Below are positions 37,259 through 47,907 of a DNA stretch of 64,000 nucleotides, piece by piece (within the stretch, counting starts at the first letter, position 1; every line of letters begins with the position of its first letter). The notes beneath the pieces were generated by a model, which was given only the letters and a program-made list of their open reading frames with translations, did no database searches and was not told where the DNA came from. The DNA lies in the NCBI GenBank assembly GCA_038740345.1, contig JAVYMA010000003.1:1470-65469 (forward strand), written 5' to 3'. The stretch comes from Methanomassiliicoccales archaeon. GTDB lineage: Archaea; Thermoplasmatota; Thermoplasmata; Methanomassiliicoccales; UBA472. A program made the position numbers and the translations under genes.

Positions 37259-37609
37259 ATGAGATGCGTACTTCGTTCAAAGATCCATCGGGCTACGATC
37301 ACCGATGCGGATCCTGAATATGTTGGTAGCATCACCATTGATGAGGACCTTTTGGTAAGAGCAGATATTTGGCCAGGAGAAAGGGTATTGGTGGCAGATG
37401 TAGACAATGGCGCTCGCTTCGAGACTTATGCGGTCAAGGGTGAAAGGTGCTCAGGGATAATTTGTGTTAACGGTGGGGCTGCGAGGTTGGTCAAGAAAGG
37501 AGATAAGGTGATAATCATGGCCTTCGAATACACAGATACGCCCCTCGAGCCAAGAGTAGTATATGTGGATGATAAAAACAGGTACCTTGATAAATCGATG
37601 CAGACATAA
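37259..37609 (+). CDS. panD: aspartate 1-decarboxylase, pyruvoyl-dependent
   Basis: [15 protein letters not shown]|ITID self-cleavage site and collinearity by eye with E. coli PanD. Confidence 0.88.
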   Translation: MRCVLRSKIHRATITDADPEYVGSITIDEDLLVRADIWPGERVLVADVDNGARFETYAVKGERCSGIICVNGGAARLVKKGDKVIIMAFEYTDTPLEPRVVYVDDKNRYLDKSMQT

Positions 37610-37658
37610 TTGAATGAAATATTGTAAATGATGATTGGTTGTTTGCTGGGGTTAAAAG

Positions 37659-38087
37659 GTGAGGTTGAAAATTTTTACCGACGCCGGTTCTCGAGGAAAT
37701 CCGGGCCCTTCTGCCTTCGCAGTGGTCATATGCTCGGAAACTGGTGAGAAGATTTTAGAGTTCTCCAGGTTCCTGGGGGAACGAACAAATAACGAAGCTG
37801 AATATCACGGCCTACTAGCTGCGCTGGAAGAGGCAAAAAAAATGGGCGCAGATGAAGTGGAAATAATTTCAGATAGCGAGTTAATGATCAAGCAGTTAAC
37901 CGGTAAATATCGCATAAAGTCTGAAAATCTTCTGCCATTGGCAAAAAGGGCCAAAGATTTGATGAGTGAATTCAAGAGTGTCGAACTATCACATTCTCGC
38001 CGTGACCACCCTCTAATCCGAAAAGCTGACCGTTTGGTAAACGAAGAGCTGGATGCGATGCAGTTCGCCCATCGTCTCAGAAGCTGA
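37659..38087 (+). CDS. rnhA: ribonuclease HI (type 1 RNase H)
   Basis: FTDAGSRGNPGPSA, NNEAEYHGLLAALE and SDSELMIKQL motifs. Confidence 0.8.
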   Translation: MRLKIFTDAGSRGNPGPSAFAVVICSETGEKILEFSRFLGERTNNEAEYHGLLAALEEAKKMGADEVEIISDSELMIKQLTGKYRIKSENLLPLAKRAKDLMSEFKSVELSHSRRDHPLIRKADRLVNEELDAMQFAHRLRS

Positions 38088-38153
38088 GTAAAAACACTCC
38101 ACGCGGAAATGATATATACTGATTTCTTTCAATTCATTAATTGGGGTAAGAAT

Positions 38154-38354
38154 ATGGTGCAAAAGGTGATTGATATTTTAGGGATGAGTGAGAAAAGTTT
38201 CTCTGATGCTGCAGACAACGCCATTCAGGTGGCGTCGCAAACGGTTAGGAACATAATCTCTGCCAGGGTGGATGAGATGGATTGCATAGTTGAGAATGGC
38301 CGAATTAAAAAATATCGTACTTTAATGCGAATATATTTCGAAGTTGAACGCTGA
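38154..38354 (+). CDS. dodecin-family flavin-binding protein
   Basis: MVQKVIDILGMSEKSFSDAADNAI...YRTLMRIYFEV resembles haloarchaeal dodecin. The start is moved to ATG 38154 from the ORF-track 38109. Confidence 0.65.
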   Translation: MVQKVIDILGMSEKSFSDAADNAIQVASQTVRNIISARVDEMDCIVENGRIKKYRTLMRIYFEVER

Positions 38355-38540
38355 ATCTAACCGAAGAATTAAGCCGGGTTGATTCGGATTTTCTTTATCA
38401 ATGACGAACTTTGTATGTATAGATTAATATAGTTCAAACTCAGAAATCATTACAGGTGTCCGAGGTCGGTGGCTCAACTCTCCTCCTGAGCCAGAGATTG
38501 ACCTAATTTTCCCATCACATCGACCTGGGACACCAAAACA

Positions 38541-39788
38541 TCAACACTTGAGCTCTTTTACGATCTCCTTCACCGGGATTACAGATTGAAGCCCAGTGGC
38601 CAAATCGCGTATGGTAACGCATGATTGAGCGGCTTCTTTTTCTCCAACAATGACCACCTTTTTGGCACCTATGGCATCGGCGTGTTTCAAATTCTTAGCG
38701 ATGTTACGGCGCATCAAGTCCACGTCGGCCGAGATCCCTTCCCTCCGCAATTTTGCAGTGATTTCGAAAGCCGTGTGCCTCATTTTTTCTGATGTGGGAA
38801 TGATGTAAGCATCCAGCCTCTTGACAGGGATGTTAAGACCTTCCTTTTCCAGAGCCAGCAGCGTCCGGTCGAAACCTATGGCAAAGCCGGTGGAGAACAC
38901 TTTCTCACCACCGAAAAGCTCTGTCAAGGAGTAAGATCCACCTCCACAAATCTGCTTCTCAGCGCCTAGGCAGGGCGCGTCCATCTCGAAAACTATTCCG
39001 GTGTAATAGTCAAGCCCTCTGACAACACCTAGATCAACTTGAACTCCTTCGATACCATAATCGCGCAATATGGAGATTACTTCTTTAAGATAATCGCAGG
39101 CTTCTCCCGGAGCGGAGTCTAGCACATGGGGTGGACCTACAATTTTGGTAATACCAATTATTTCCTCTATGCTTGAATCCCTCATACCTTGCTCAAGCAT
39201 CAAAGCCCTAGCCTCGTCGAACATCTTCTTGTCCAATTTTTGCAGTATCTGAGACATGGATTCTGTTTCTACGCCAGCATCCTTGAGCTTCGCTCGCAAT
39301 ATACCTATGTGGCCCATCCTAATTCCATAATTCCTCAAACCGCTCCGCCTTATCATTTCAACTGCAAGCCCTATAACTTCCGCGTCCGACTCTGGATGGG
39401 GAGCCCCTATAAGCTCGGCTCCGAATTGGAAGAACTCTCGATAACGACCGCTTTGTGGCCTTTCGTACCTGAAACACTGACCAAAGTAGAACAATTTCAG
39501 CGGACGGGGATAATTACTGAGGTCGTTGACAAAGAAACGCATTGTGGGGGCTGTGAGCTCTGGTCGTAAGGCTATCTGCCTTCCCCCCTTATCCTCGAAG
39601 GCGTAAATTTCTTCAATGATGTTAGGACCAGATTTCAACGTGAATAGCTCAGTGTGCTCGAAGATGGGTGTAGCGATCTCCCTAAAACCGTGGAGTTCGG
39701 CCTCCCTCCGGAATTCTGATTCGAGGAATCGTCGTTTTTCCATTTCCTCAGGGGTAAAATCCCTGGTTCCCCTAGGACGCTGAATCAT
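38541..39788 (-). CDS. hisS: histidyl-tRNA synthetase
   Basis: RPRGTRDF, the class II motifs (FRYERPQ.GRYREF) and a C-terminal anticodon-binding domain. Confidence 0.92.
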   Translation of the reverse strand: MIQRPRGTRDFTPEEMEKRRFLESEFRREAELHGFREIATPIFEHTELFTLKSGPNIIEEIYAFEDKGGRQIALRPELTAPTMRFFVNDLSNYPRPLKLFYFGQCFRYERPQSGRYREFFQFGAELIGAPHPESDAEVIGLAVEMIRRSGLRNYGIRMGHIGILRAKLKDAGVETESMSQILQKLDKKMFDEARALMLEQGMRDSSIEEIIGITKIVGPPHVLDSAPGEACDYLKEVISILRDYGIEGVQVDLGVVRGLDYYTGIVFEMDAPCLGAEKQICGGGSYSLTELFGGEKVFSTGFAIGFDRTLLALEKEGLNIPVKRLDAYIIPTSEKMRHTAFEITAKLRREGISADVDLMRRNIAKNLKHADAIGAKKVVIVGEKEAAQSCVTIRDLATGLQSVIPVKEIVKELKC

Positions 39789-39885
39789 GGGTGAGCAATA
39801 TTATACCTTTAAATAAGCTTTACTTGTTCAAATGATCAAGCCAGTTGCTATTCGCCTCTGATTCTGAAATCCGTGTATCATAAGT

Positions 39886-41082
39886 TTATGTTTTCTCCAC
39901 ACCTGATAGGGCGAGATGGAGATCTTCCTCCAGATCTTCCGCATCCTCAATCCCAAGAGACAATCGAATGAGATTATCTCTTATTCCTAAGCGCTCTCGC
40001 TCGTCCTTAGTCAATGAGGAATGAGAAGAATTTAGCGGCATGCTGGCTAAGGACTCCACCCCTCCTAGACTAGTCGCTCTCTTTACGATCTTCAAAGATC
40101 TCAGGACGTTCTCTGCCGCCTTTCTCCCTCCTTTCACCTCAAAGCTCACCATACCCCCGAAACCAGACATCTGCTTGAGGGCCAAATCATGTTGAGGATG
40201 GCTGGTCAGACCTGGATAATACACTCTTTGCACGCAATCATGCCGCTCAAGAAATCTCGCAATCCTGAGACCATTTTTATTGTGGCGTTCCATCCTCACC
40301 GCTAAGGTCTTCAATCCCCTTATCAAAAGGAAAGCGCCAAAGGGATCCATCGCTCCTCCAAAGAGTACCCTCCTGCGCGATATTATCTCCATATCCTCCT
40401 CATTACCCAGAACGGCCCCAGATATGATATCCGAGTGACCATTGAGATATTTCGTACACGAATGCACTACTATATCCACACCCATTTCCAGAGGTCGCTG
40501 GTTTATGGGAGTGGCGAAAGTGGAGTCGATAACACTCTTGATACCTCTCTTCCTTGCCACTTCTGCGGCGCCTCGGATGTCAACCAGCTTGAGCAATGGA
40601 TTGGTGGGCGATTCCAGGTAAATCAGTTTGGTGTTAGGCGTTATGGCGCGCTCCATGGCGTCGATGTCATAAGAATTCACCAGGGCCACTTCAACCCCAA
40701 AACGAGGAAGCTCCTTGCGCAAGAAGGAATAAGTCCCTCCGTACAGATCCTCCACCGCAACAATATGGTCTCCCTTGCTCACAAATGACAAGATAGTTGA
40801 AGTAATGGCTGCCATGCCCGAGCTGAATAGTAGACCGCTCTCCGCACCCTCCAATCCTACTAGTTTATCCTCAGCGGCGCGTATGGTTGGATTTCCCCAT
40901 CTCGAATATATGTACGAGCCTTCAGGGACCTTACCCTCCCATGTCTCAGGGTCCTCGGTAGGGAAATAAAAAGTAGAGGTCTGGTAGATCGGCGGGATAA
41001 TCTCTCCTCTCGTTGATGGGGGTTCCCCACAATGGACAGCGGTCGTGGACAGACCCTTGAATCTCTTCTTCTGGTAATTCAT
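39886..41082 (-). CDS. Cys/Met-metabolism PLP enzyme (cystathionine gamma-synthase / methionine gamma-lyase family)
   Basis: SCTKYLNGHSD PLP-lysine motif and family-wide collinearity by eye. Confidence 0.8.
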   Translation of the reverse strand: MNYQKKRFKGLSTTAVHCGEPPSTRGEIIPPIYQTSTFYFPTEDPETWEGKVPEGSYIYSRWGNPTIRAAEDKLVGLEGAESGLLFSSGMAAITSTILSFVSKGDHIVAVEDLYGGTYSFLRKELPRFGVEVALVNSYDIDAMERAITPNTKLIYLESPTNPLLKLVDIRGAAEVARKRGIKSVIDSTFATPINQRPLEMGVDIVVHSCTKYLNGHSDIISGAVLGNEEDMEIISRRRVLFGGAMDPFGAFLLIRGLKTLAVRMERHNKNGLRIARFLERHDCVQRVYYPGLTSHPQHDLALKQMSGFGGMVSFEVKGGRKAAENVLRSLKIVKRATSLGGVESLASMPLNSSHSSLTKDERERLGIRDNLIRLSLGIEDAEDLEEDLHLALSGVEKT

Positions 41083-41139
41083 GACGCTTGAGCATAATAT
41101 GGGAAGAGTAAAGAAAAATACTTTCCACTAATGAGCGAC

Positions 41140-42255
41140 CTATCCACCTCGCTTTTTGATTATGCTCAATATGTCTCCATCCATTAGGATATGATCCATG
41201 CCCACTGTCTGTCCAGGAAATTTAGCGCTTTTCCCCCAAACAACTGCGTATCGAAAATTGGCGCGCATGGAACGATGGAGCGTGTCACATACATCTCCCA
41301 CCGTTGCACCCTTGCGGACTATTAGCGGGACCTCTAGATCGGCTTCCTTCCCTTGAGGCTTCAAATATACTCTTATCAATTCCAGATTACGGTAAATGGT
41401 CTCTTTCAATTCCTCGATACCCTGACCCTTCTCCGCTGATATGAAGACCACATCATAGCCATGGAACTTGTGTCTCAATTCTTCCAAATAAGCATCGTCG
41501 TGAACCAGATCGATCTTGTTCACTGCTATCATAGCCTTTATGTAGACCCTATTCCCCGCTAGGACATCTATCAACTGGTCCACATCAATGTCTTCTCGGA
41601 TGACCACGTCAGCATTTATATATCCATATTCCGCAACCACGCTACGTGCCATCTCCTCATCCATCTTGGTCATCTCAACAGTGGAACGGACTGTCACCCC
41701 TCCAGAGTCGGTCCTGGTTATCACAACATCGGCGGGATGTGAGTTAATGCGAATCCCCACCTGCTCTAGCTCTCCTATCAAAACATGAATGTTGGTATCA
41801 TAAGCATCGATCACAAAAAGAATGAGGTCTGCCGATCTTACCACGGATAGTACTTCTCTTCCGCGCCCTTTTCCTTTAGAGGCGTCTTTGATAAGGCCGG
41901 GTAGATCTAAAATCTGAATTTTGGCAAATTTATAATCCATCACACCTGGGATGACGTCTAAGGTGGTGAAGTCATAGGCCCCTACTTCGCTCTTGGCATC
42001 GGTAAGCCTGTTGAGGATAGTAGATTTCCCCACCGAAGGGAAGCCCACCAGCGCCACTGTGGCATTGCCTGATTTCCTTACGGCATAAGAGGCACCAGAT
42101 TTACCTCCACTGGTGCGACGTCTCTCCTGCTCCTCCTTCAATCTGGCGATCTTGGCCTTTAACTTGCCTATGTGGTATTCCGTCTTTTTGTTCTTCTGCG
42201 TTTTGAGGATCTCCTCCTCAAGCGCTTTTATTTGCTCTTCTAAAGAGGAACTCAC
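41140..42255 (-). CDS. DRG/Obg-family GTP-binding protein with TGS domain
   Basis: GFPSVGKST G1 motif, DLPG G3 motif, NKID G4 motif, and a C-terminal TGS-like segment. Confidence 0.85.
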   Translation of the reverse strand: MSSSLEEQIKALEEEILKTQKNKKTEYHIGKLKAKIARLKEEQERRRTSGGKSGASYAVRKSGNATVALVGFPSVGKSTILNRLTDAKSEVGAYDFTTLDVIPGVMDYKFAKIQILDLPGLIKDASKGKGRGREVLSVVRSADLILFVIDAYDTNIHVLIGELEQVGIRINSHPADVVITRTDSGGVTVRSTVEMTKMDEEMARSVVAEYGYINADVVIREDIDVDQLIDVLAGNRVYIKAMIAVNKIDLVHDDAYLEELRHKFHGYDVVFISAEKGQGIEELKETIYRNLELIRVYLKPQGKEADLEVPLIVRKGATVGDVCDTLHRSMRANFRYAVVWGKSAKFPGQTVGMDHILMDGDILSIIKKRGG

Positions 42256-42265
42256 TTCTCCACAC

Positions 42266-43258
42266 CTACCTGATGATCTGTGTGCCCACCAGTCCTTCCA
42301 AAGCCGCTTCTATGTTATCCGCTGAAGTTATGATCGCTCTCTCGCCTCCCTTTTCCAAGAAATACAGTCCTGCCTCAACTTTCGGGCCCATGCTGCCTGG
42401 AGCAAAATGCCCTTCCTCCAGGTAATCTCGCATCCTCCTTGCCTCGACCAAACCTAAAGGCCTCTGATCCTCCTTGCCAAAGTTGAGATAGGCGCAATCG
42501 ATGTCAGTGAGCATGATGAGGAGCTTTTCTCCTATTCCCACGGCCATCACCGCCGCGGCCAGGTCTTTATCTACCACGGCCTCCACGCCCTCATAGCAAC
42601 CCTCTCTTTCCACCACAGGTATGCCCCCTCCTCCTGAGGCCACTACCACCTCCGCCTGTTCATCACCTCCAAAGACCAATCTTCGGATGCTGCTGCACTC
42701 TACAATCCTTAGCGGCTTGGGCGAAGGGACGACGCGCCGATAGCCTCCTCTATTCTTATCGTAGGCGAAGTCCCAACCCTGCGTTCGCCTAAGTTCCTCC
42801 TTCTCCCCCTCGTCATAATAAGGGCCCACTGGCTTGGTAGGCATCTCGAATGCGGGGTCGTCTATGTCTACTACCACTCTGGTCAAGAGGCAGGTGACTA
42901 CTTTCCTTACCCCTTGCCTGATCAAGGCTTCCGTCAATGCCTGTTGTATCATATACCCAAGCTGCCCCTGTGATTCGGCCACACATACGTCCAAAGGCAT
43001 AGGCGGCACCTTGCTCTTTGCGACCTCATTCTGAATCAGGATGTTCCCGACCTGCGGTCCATTGCCATGCGTAAGAACGATATCATAGCCCGAGGCGATC
43101 ATCTTGGCAAGGTGAGCACAAGTATTCCTTAAATTTCGCATCTGGTTCTCGTAAGTCGCTTCTTCACCGACCTTAATGAGGGCATTCCCTCCGATGGCCA
43201 CAAGTGCAGTTTTCATTCTCCTTATATCTCCAGGGGATTTTGACACAAGATTGGCCAT
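42266..43258 (-). CDS. arcC: carbamate kinase
   Basis: ALVAIGGNAL, THGNGPQVG motifs. An alternative start is Met15 (ATG 43216). Confidence 0.88.
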   Translation of the reverse strand: MANLVSKSPGDIRRMKTALVAIGGNALIKVGEEATYENQMRNLRNTCAHLAKMIASGYDIVLTHGNGPQVGNILIQNEVAKSKVPPMPLDVCVAESQGQLGYMIQQALTEALIRQGVRKVVTCLLTRVVVDIDDPAFEMPTKPVGPYYDEGEKEELRRTQGWDFAYDKNRGGYRRVVPSPKPLRIVECSSIRRLVFGGDEQAEVVVASGGGGIPVVEREGCYEGVEAVVDKDLAAAVMAVGIGEKLLIMLTDIDCAYLNFGKEDQRPLGLVEARRMRDYLEEGHFAPGSMGPKVEAGLYFLEKGGERAIITSADNIEAALEGLVGTQIIR

Positions 43259-43483
43259 ATTTTATCTTTACGCCTTTTGGAATCGACTCATCAATTTTCC
43301 TGGCGCTGGTTATACAACTAATTCCCCGAGTTGCGAGAAGACTTGAAAGGTGAATTACATTGGGAATCCACAGTTATTGGATGAGCGAAAACATGTGAGT
43401 CTGCGTCTCTAGATTTCCTGCCCCATCGAGCTTTTACAGCCGAGGTGAAAACATTTAAACGATGAAGCCCTGATTCCCCGGCA

Positions 43484-44359
43484 ATGGCCGAGTCAGGTGC
43501 CAAGGATAAATGGCAGGAGTTCCGAAATAGCAAGTTGGGTCTGGCGTTCGGCCTGGTGCTGACTGTGCTTTTGACCCTAGTGCTGATGCTGTATGGCGGT
43601 CATGTTTTCTGCTTTGCACCATTATTGGCCGCGATCTTGCTGTATCTTGTGCCCAAATATTTCGGTCTAAAAGGGATGAAAAAGATAGCCATTTTCGGCA
43701 TCCTTGTGCTTTTTGCCGTGGGCCTTATCATCGGTTTCACATTCTTCACCATTTTGAGAGAGGTTCAGCCTGAACCAGTGTCCTCCAACGATGGTATTTT
43801 GACGCAAGGCCAGGTAATCCCATTCAGAGGTAATGAGTTGAGTAAATTCAACTACTCCGTGATCCTCACGGGAGGGAACGATACCCCTGACCTATGGCTC
43901 ACCACGTACGACTACTTCGCTTCCAATCAGGCTAGGACCTTCAATCTTTCCAATTCGTTCGCTTTGGGTGACAGTAAGAGAGTATTTTTCGTAGAGGTGG
44001 AAGTGCCCAAGAGCCTCTACCGGTATTCCTTTTCATATAGAATGCCACAGAGCGATGAAATCGTAAGAACAGGAGTGGCCTGGGGACCCATAATGGTGAG
44101 CGATGGAGATATCCTTTCGCATGAGTTGTACTTCAACGTAATCTATGTAGTGGTGAATGGAGGCCTTTGGTTTGCCTTCGTGCTCCTGACCGTGTGGTGG
44201 ATGGGTTCGTCGAAGAAACGCATGGAGGAGCTGCAAAAGAGGAAGATGGAGCAGAGCAAGGAGGAGACCAAGGAGAAATTCGTTTGCTCAGAGTGTGGCG
44301 CTGATGTCCCAGCCGAGGCCCAGGAATGTCCTCAATGCGGGGAGAAATTTGAGGACTGA
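43484..44359 (+). CDS. membrane protein with C-terminal zinc ribbon
   Basis: Several TM helices, an extracytoplasmic middle, and a C-terminal CSECG...CPQCG. Confidence 0.5.
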   Translation: MAESGAKDKWQEFRNSKLGLAFGLVLTVLLTLVLMLYGGHVFCFAPLLAAILLYLVPKYFGLKGMKKIAIFGILVLFAVGLIIGFTFFTILREVQPEPVSSNDGILTQGQVIPFRGNELSKFNYSVILTGGNDTPDLWLTTYDYFASNQARTFNLSNSFALGDSKRVFFVEVEVPKSLYRYSFSYRMPQSDEIVRTGVAWGPIMVSDGDILSHELYFNVIYVVVNGGLWFAFVLLTVWWMGSSKKRMEELQKRKMEQSKEETKEKFVCSECGADVPAEAQECPQCGEKFED

Positions 44360-44467
44360 GCGAGTTCAAGCGTGCTCGTGGCTGGCAAGCACCAACATTA
44401 TTAATAAGATTTGCACGGATACGTAGCCGGGATGCACTTATAATCCAATAAGAGGTGAAAGGTCGAG

Positions 44468-46468
44468 ATGGCCTCCATCGCTGAGCATTTGGCCAAGAAG
44501 CAGAAAGAGATATCGGTCTCGGAATTCTTTGAGAGGAATCGCCAGATACTTGGCTTCGATTCACCGACTAAGGCTCTGATCATGGCGGTCAAGGAGGCGG
44601 TGGATAATGCCCTCGACGCTTGTGAAGAAGCAGGGATACTGCCTGAGATCCTTGTGAAGATCGAGAGGGTGGATGAGAAAGAGTTCCGCATGACCGTGGA
44701 GGACAACGGTCCCGGCATCGTCCCCCATATGATACCCAATGTCTTCGGTAGGCTGCTTTTCGGTTCGCGCTTTCACGCCATACGACAATCGAGAGGGCAA
44801 CAGGGCATCGGGATATCGGCCACGGTGATGTACGGCCAAATCACCACTGGGAAACCTGCCCGCATAACCTCCAAGACCGAACCAGATAAGCCTGCCGCGG
44901 TAAAGCATATAATGATCAATACCAAGAACAATACGCCTGAGGTGGTCGGTCCTCCACCTCCCAATGATTATATTATGTGGGAGGGGAAGGAACATGGCAC
45001 GAGAGTGGAGATTAATCTCAACGGCCGGTATATCGCCTCCAAGCAATCAGTCTTCGAATATCTTAGACAAACTGCCATAGTGAATCCCCATGCCAGCATA
45101 ACCTTTATCGACCCCGAGGGACGAGCCTACAACTTTCCCAGGGCTCATGATAGGCTTCCCCCTCCAACTAGAGAAATCAAGCCGCATCCTGAAGGGTTGG
45201 AGCTAGGGACGTTGATGAATCTAGCCCGCGCGACCAAGGCTAAGACTCTCAAGGATTTCTTGCAGAACGATTTCTCAAGGGTCTCGGAGCGCCTATCAAG
45301 AGAGATAATAGAAAAGGCTGGTTTGAAGGAGGGAGATAAGCCTTCAACCCTGGATTTGGATCAGTATAAATCATTATTGAAGGCGATGCAGTCGGTCAAA
45401 TATCTCGCTCCGCCCACTGATTGCCTCTCTCCTATCGGAGAAGCTTTGATCAAGAAGGGGCTGAAGAACGTCTTGGAGGAGTATAAACCTGAATTCTACG
45501 CTCCTCCGGTCACCAGGGCCCCTAAAGTCTTCAGTGGGAATCCTTTCCAAGTGGAAGTAGGCATAGTCTACGGGGGCAATATACCCGCAGATCAGCCAGT
45601 GACCATACTTCGTTTCGCCAACCGCGTCCCTCTGCTCTATCAGCAGGGTGCTTGCGTGCTAACTAAAGCCGTGGAGAGTGTGGACTGGAGACGCTATGGC
45701 CTGGAACAAAGAGGAGGAGCTGGCATCCCCTATGGTCCGGCGATAATACTGCTTCATCTGGCCTCCACCAAGGTACCCTTCACCTCCGAGGCTAAAGAGG
45801 CCGTGGCTGCGATACCCGAGATACAATCAGAGCTGGAGCTGGCCCTTAGAGAGTGCGGACGACGACTGAAGGTTCATCTAAACAAGAAGGAGACCAAAAG
45901 CCGTACTAAGGCCAAGTTCGAGATCGTCCAGGAGATACTCCCCTTGATCGCGCAGAAGAGCGCCAAGATCGTGAATAAGCCCGTACCCCCATTGGCGGGC
46001 ACCATAACCAAGATAATGAATGTGGTGTGGATAAACGACGAAGTGGTCTATGAGAAAGGAAGGCACAAGGTTCGAGTGGAGATATTCAACTACACTCCCA
46101 AAGTCATGCGTTTCAACCTTCATGCTGTCATCCCTCCCCAGGCTACCACCTTGCTCAAAGCCGAGCCCCGACCTATACAAGTGAAGGACGATGGCAAGGT
46201 GACCTGGGAACTAAAGCCCATACGCTCCACGGATAAGATCACGGTGCAGATGGAGCTGGAAGGGCTGGATCCAGAGATGTATGAGGAGAATGAGCTCTAT
46301 GTCAGCGGCATAGACCCTTCCATGATCATCGGCGCTGATCCTCTTCCCGGCGACTGGGATGTGGCCAAGCTACAGGTGACCGAAATACCTGTTCAACCCT
46401 CGGATGAGTCGAGTGAGGAAGAGGAAGTGGACTACGACGAGCAGACGGAGGCTCTCAGCGATGACTGA
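44468..46468 (+). CDS. top6B: DNA topoisomerase VI subunit B
   Basis: GHKL ATPase motifs ([23 protein letters not shown]), a transducer domain and an acidic tail. Confidence 0.92.
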   Translation: MASIAEHLAKKQKEISVSEFFERNRQILGFDSPTKALIMAVKEAVDNALDACEEAGILPEILVKIERVDEKEFRMTVEDNGPGIVPHMIPNVFGRLLFGSRFHAIRQSRGQQGIGISATVMYGQITTGKPARITSKTEPDKPAAVKHIMINTKNNTPEVVGPPPPNDYIMWEGKEHGTRVEINLNGRYIASKQSVFEYLRQTAIVNPHASITFIDPEGRAYNFPRAHDRLPPPTREIKPHPEGLELGTLMNLARATKAKTLKDFLQNDFSRVSERLSREIIEKAGLKEGDKPSTLDLDQYKSLLKAMQSVKYLAPPTDCLSPIGEALIKKGLKNVLEEYKPEFYAPPVTRAPKVFSGNPFQVEVGIVYGGNIPADQPVTILRFANRVPLLYQQGACVLTKAVESVDWRRYGLEQRGGAGIPYGPAIILLHLASTKVPFTSEAKEAVAAIPEIQSELELALRECGRRLKVHLNKKETKSRTKAKFEIVQEILPLIAQKSAKIVNKPVPPLAGTITKIMNVVWINDEVVYEKGRHKVRVEIFNYTPKVMRFNLHAVIPPQATTLLKAEPRPIQVKDDGKVTWELKPIRSTDKITVQMELEGLDPEMYEENELYVSGIDPSMIIGADPLPGDWDVAKLQVTEIPVQPSDESSEEEEVDYDEQTEALSDD

Positions 46469-47555
46469 CTACTCCAAAGAGGCGGTGCAGAAGCTGTATG
46501 AGATAGCGGAGTCCATCTACGAGCAGATAGAGTCAGGCAAAGTGCCCAAGATGGTGATTCCCCTCCGCACCAAGTCCAATATCAGGTTTGACCCTAAACA
46601 TTCCGTTTGGAAGTACGGCAACGCCAAAGGCGCTCGCACGGCCAAGAAGACTCAGGGCGCCTTGATGCTTCTGCGCACCATGTGCGTCATGGAACTCATT
46701 GAAGAAATGATCAGAGAGCGGAAATCCTCGACCCTCAGAGAGATGTATTACATATCTGAAGGTTGGGGCAAAGGGAAATTCAATTCCCAGGACGAGAGCA
46801 ATCTCTTGGCTGAGGACCTGGAGATAGTGACAGGGTTGATGCGCGAGGACTTTAAGCTCAGGCCAGAAGAGAATGGGGCTAGCGTTTTCGGCGATATAAC
46901 CATCGAGGAAACGGATAGGAAGGGCAAGGTGAAGCGCATCAACTGCCTTGATGATGTGGGCGATTCAGGATATGGAATTCCTTACAACGTGGAGAGCGAT
47001 AAGGTAAAACTGCTGGAGACGGGTGCAGAGTTCGTCATCGCCATCGAGACGGGCGGTATGTTCGATAGATTGGTGGAGAATGGGTTCGCAGAGGAATACA
47101 AGAGCATCCTAGTGCATCTGAAAGGGCAGCCTGCGCGCTCTACCCGAAGGTTCATCAAGAGAGTACACGAAGAAATGGGTCTTCCTGTGGTGGTCTTCAC
47201 TGACGGTGACCCTTGGTCATTCCGCATCTTCGCCTCTGTGGCCTATGGCGCCATAAAGACAGCGCACATATCCGAGTTCCTCGCCACGCCCAGCGCCGAA
47301 TATGTGGGGATCACCGCCTCGGACATAGTGAATTACGCTCTACCCACGGATAAGCTGAGCGAGCGAGACATAAAGGCCTTGGAAGCCGAGCTCAAGGACC
47401 CCCGCTTCAATGATGAGTTCTGGCGCAATGAGATCGAGTTGATGCTTAAGATCAATAAGAAAGCGGAGCAGCAGGCTTTGGCCAAATACGGCCTGGATTT
47501 CGTCACCGATAGGTATCTGCCGGAGAAGTTGGGGGAGATGGGCGTATTGAAATGA
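46461..47555 (+). CDS. top6A: DNA topoisomerase VI subunit A (Spo11-like)
   Basis: REMYY(I)SE catalytic-Tyr region and Toprim [13 protein letters not shown] ... TDGDPWS. I place the start at ATG 46461, overlapping the top6B end by 8 nt. Confidence 0.9.
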   Translation: MTDYSKEAVQKLYEIAESIYEQIESGKVPKMVIPLRTKSNIRFDPKHSVWKYGNAKGARTAKKTQGALMLLRTMCVMELIEEMIRERKSSTLREMYYISEGWGKGKFNSQDESNLLAEDLEIVTGLMREDFKLRPEENGASVFGDITIEETDRKGKVKRINCLDDVGDSGYGIPYNVESDKVKLLETGAEFVIAIETGGMFDRLVENGFAEEYKSILVHLKGQPARSTRRFIKRVHEEMGLPVVVFTDGDPWSFRIFASVAYGAIKTAHISEFLATPSAEYVGITASDIVNYALPTDKLSERDIKALEAELKDPRFNDEFWRNEIELMLKINKKAEQQALAKYGLDFVTDRYLPEKLGEMGVLK

Positions 47556-47907
47556 TTCTTAGCGTATGGCCTAAGAAATCTATTATCGGTCTGCAACCGC
47601 CGTCAAAATTTTAGCCTTATGGGGCCGGGATTTGAGTTATGGAAAAGTTAGTTCCTCGGCCTCCTTTAGGCCGATTCCAAGATTTTGTTAATACGATATT
47701 CTTTATGGAAGATGGCAAGAGGGAGTTTAATGTCGCTGCATATTCTAAGTCTTTCACTTCTTGCAGCGGGAACGACCGAATTCCTCACCAAATTTCAAAA
47801 AAAGGCTATCAACACCGACCATATCATAATCTCACCAGAACTTGAGACGGTCGTAGCTCTCATAAATCTTTATTAAATCATCTCTGGCATTAGCTCTATG
47901 GCGTAAG

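Noticed and set aside
47639-47876. Two overlapping ORFs (68 and 63 aa) in the 350-bp top6A-gdhA spacer.
   Set aside because: They have no SD and no recognisable motifs, and they are mutually exclusive frames. I leave the spacer unannotated.
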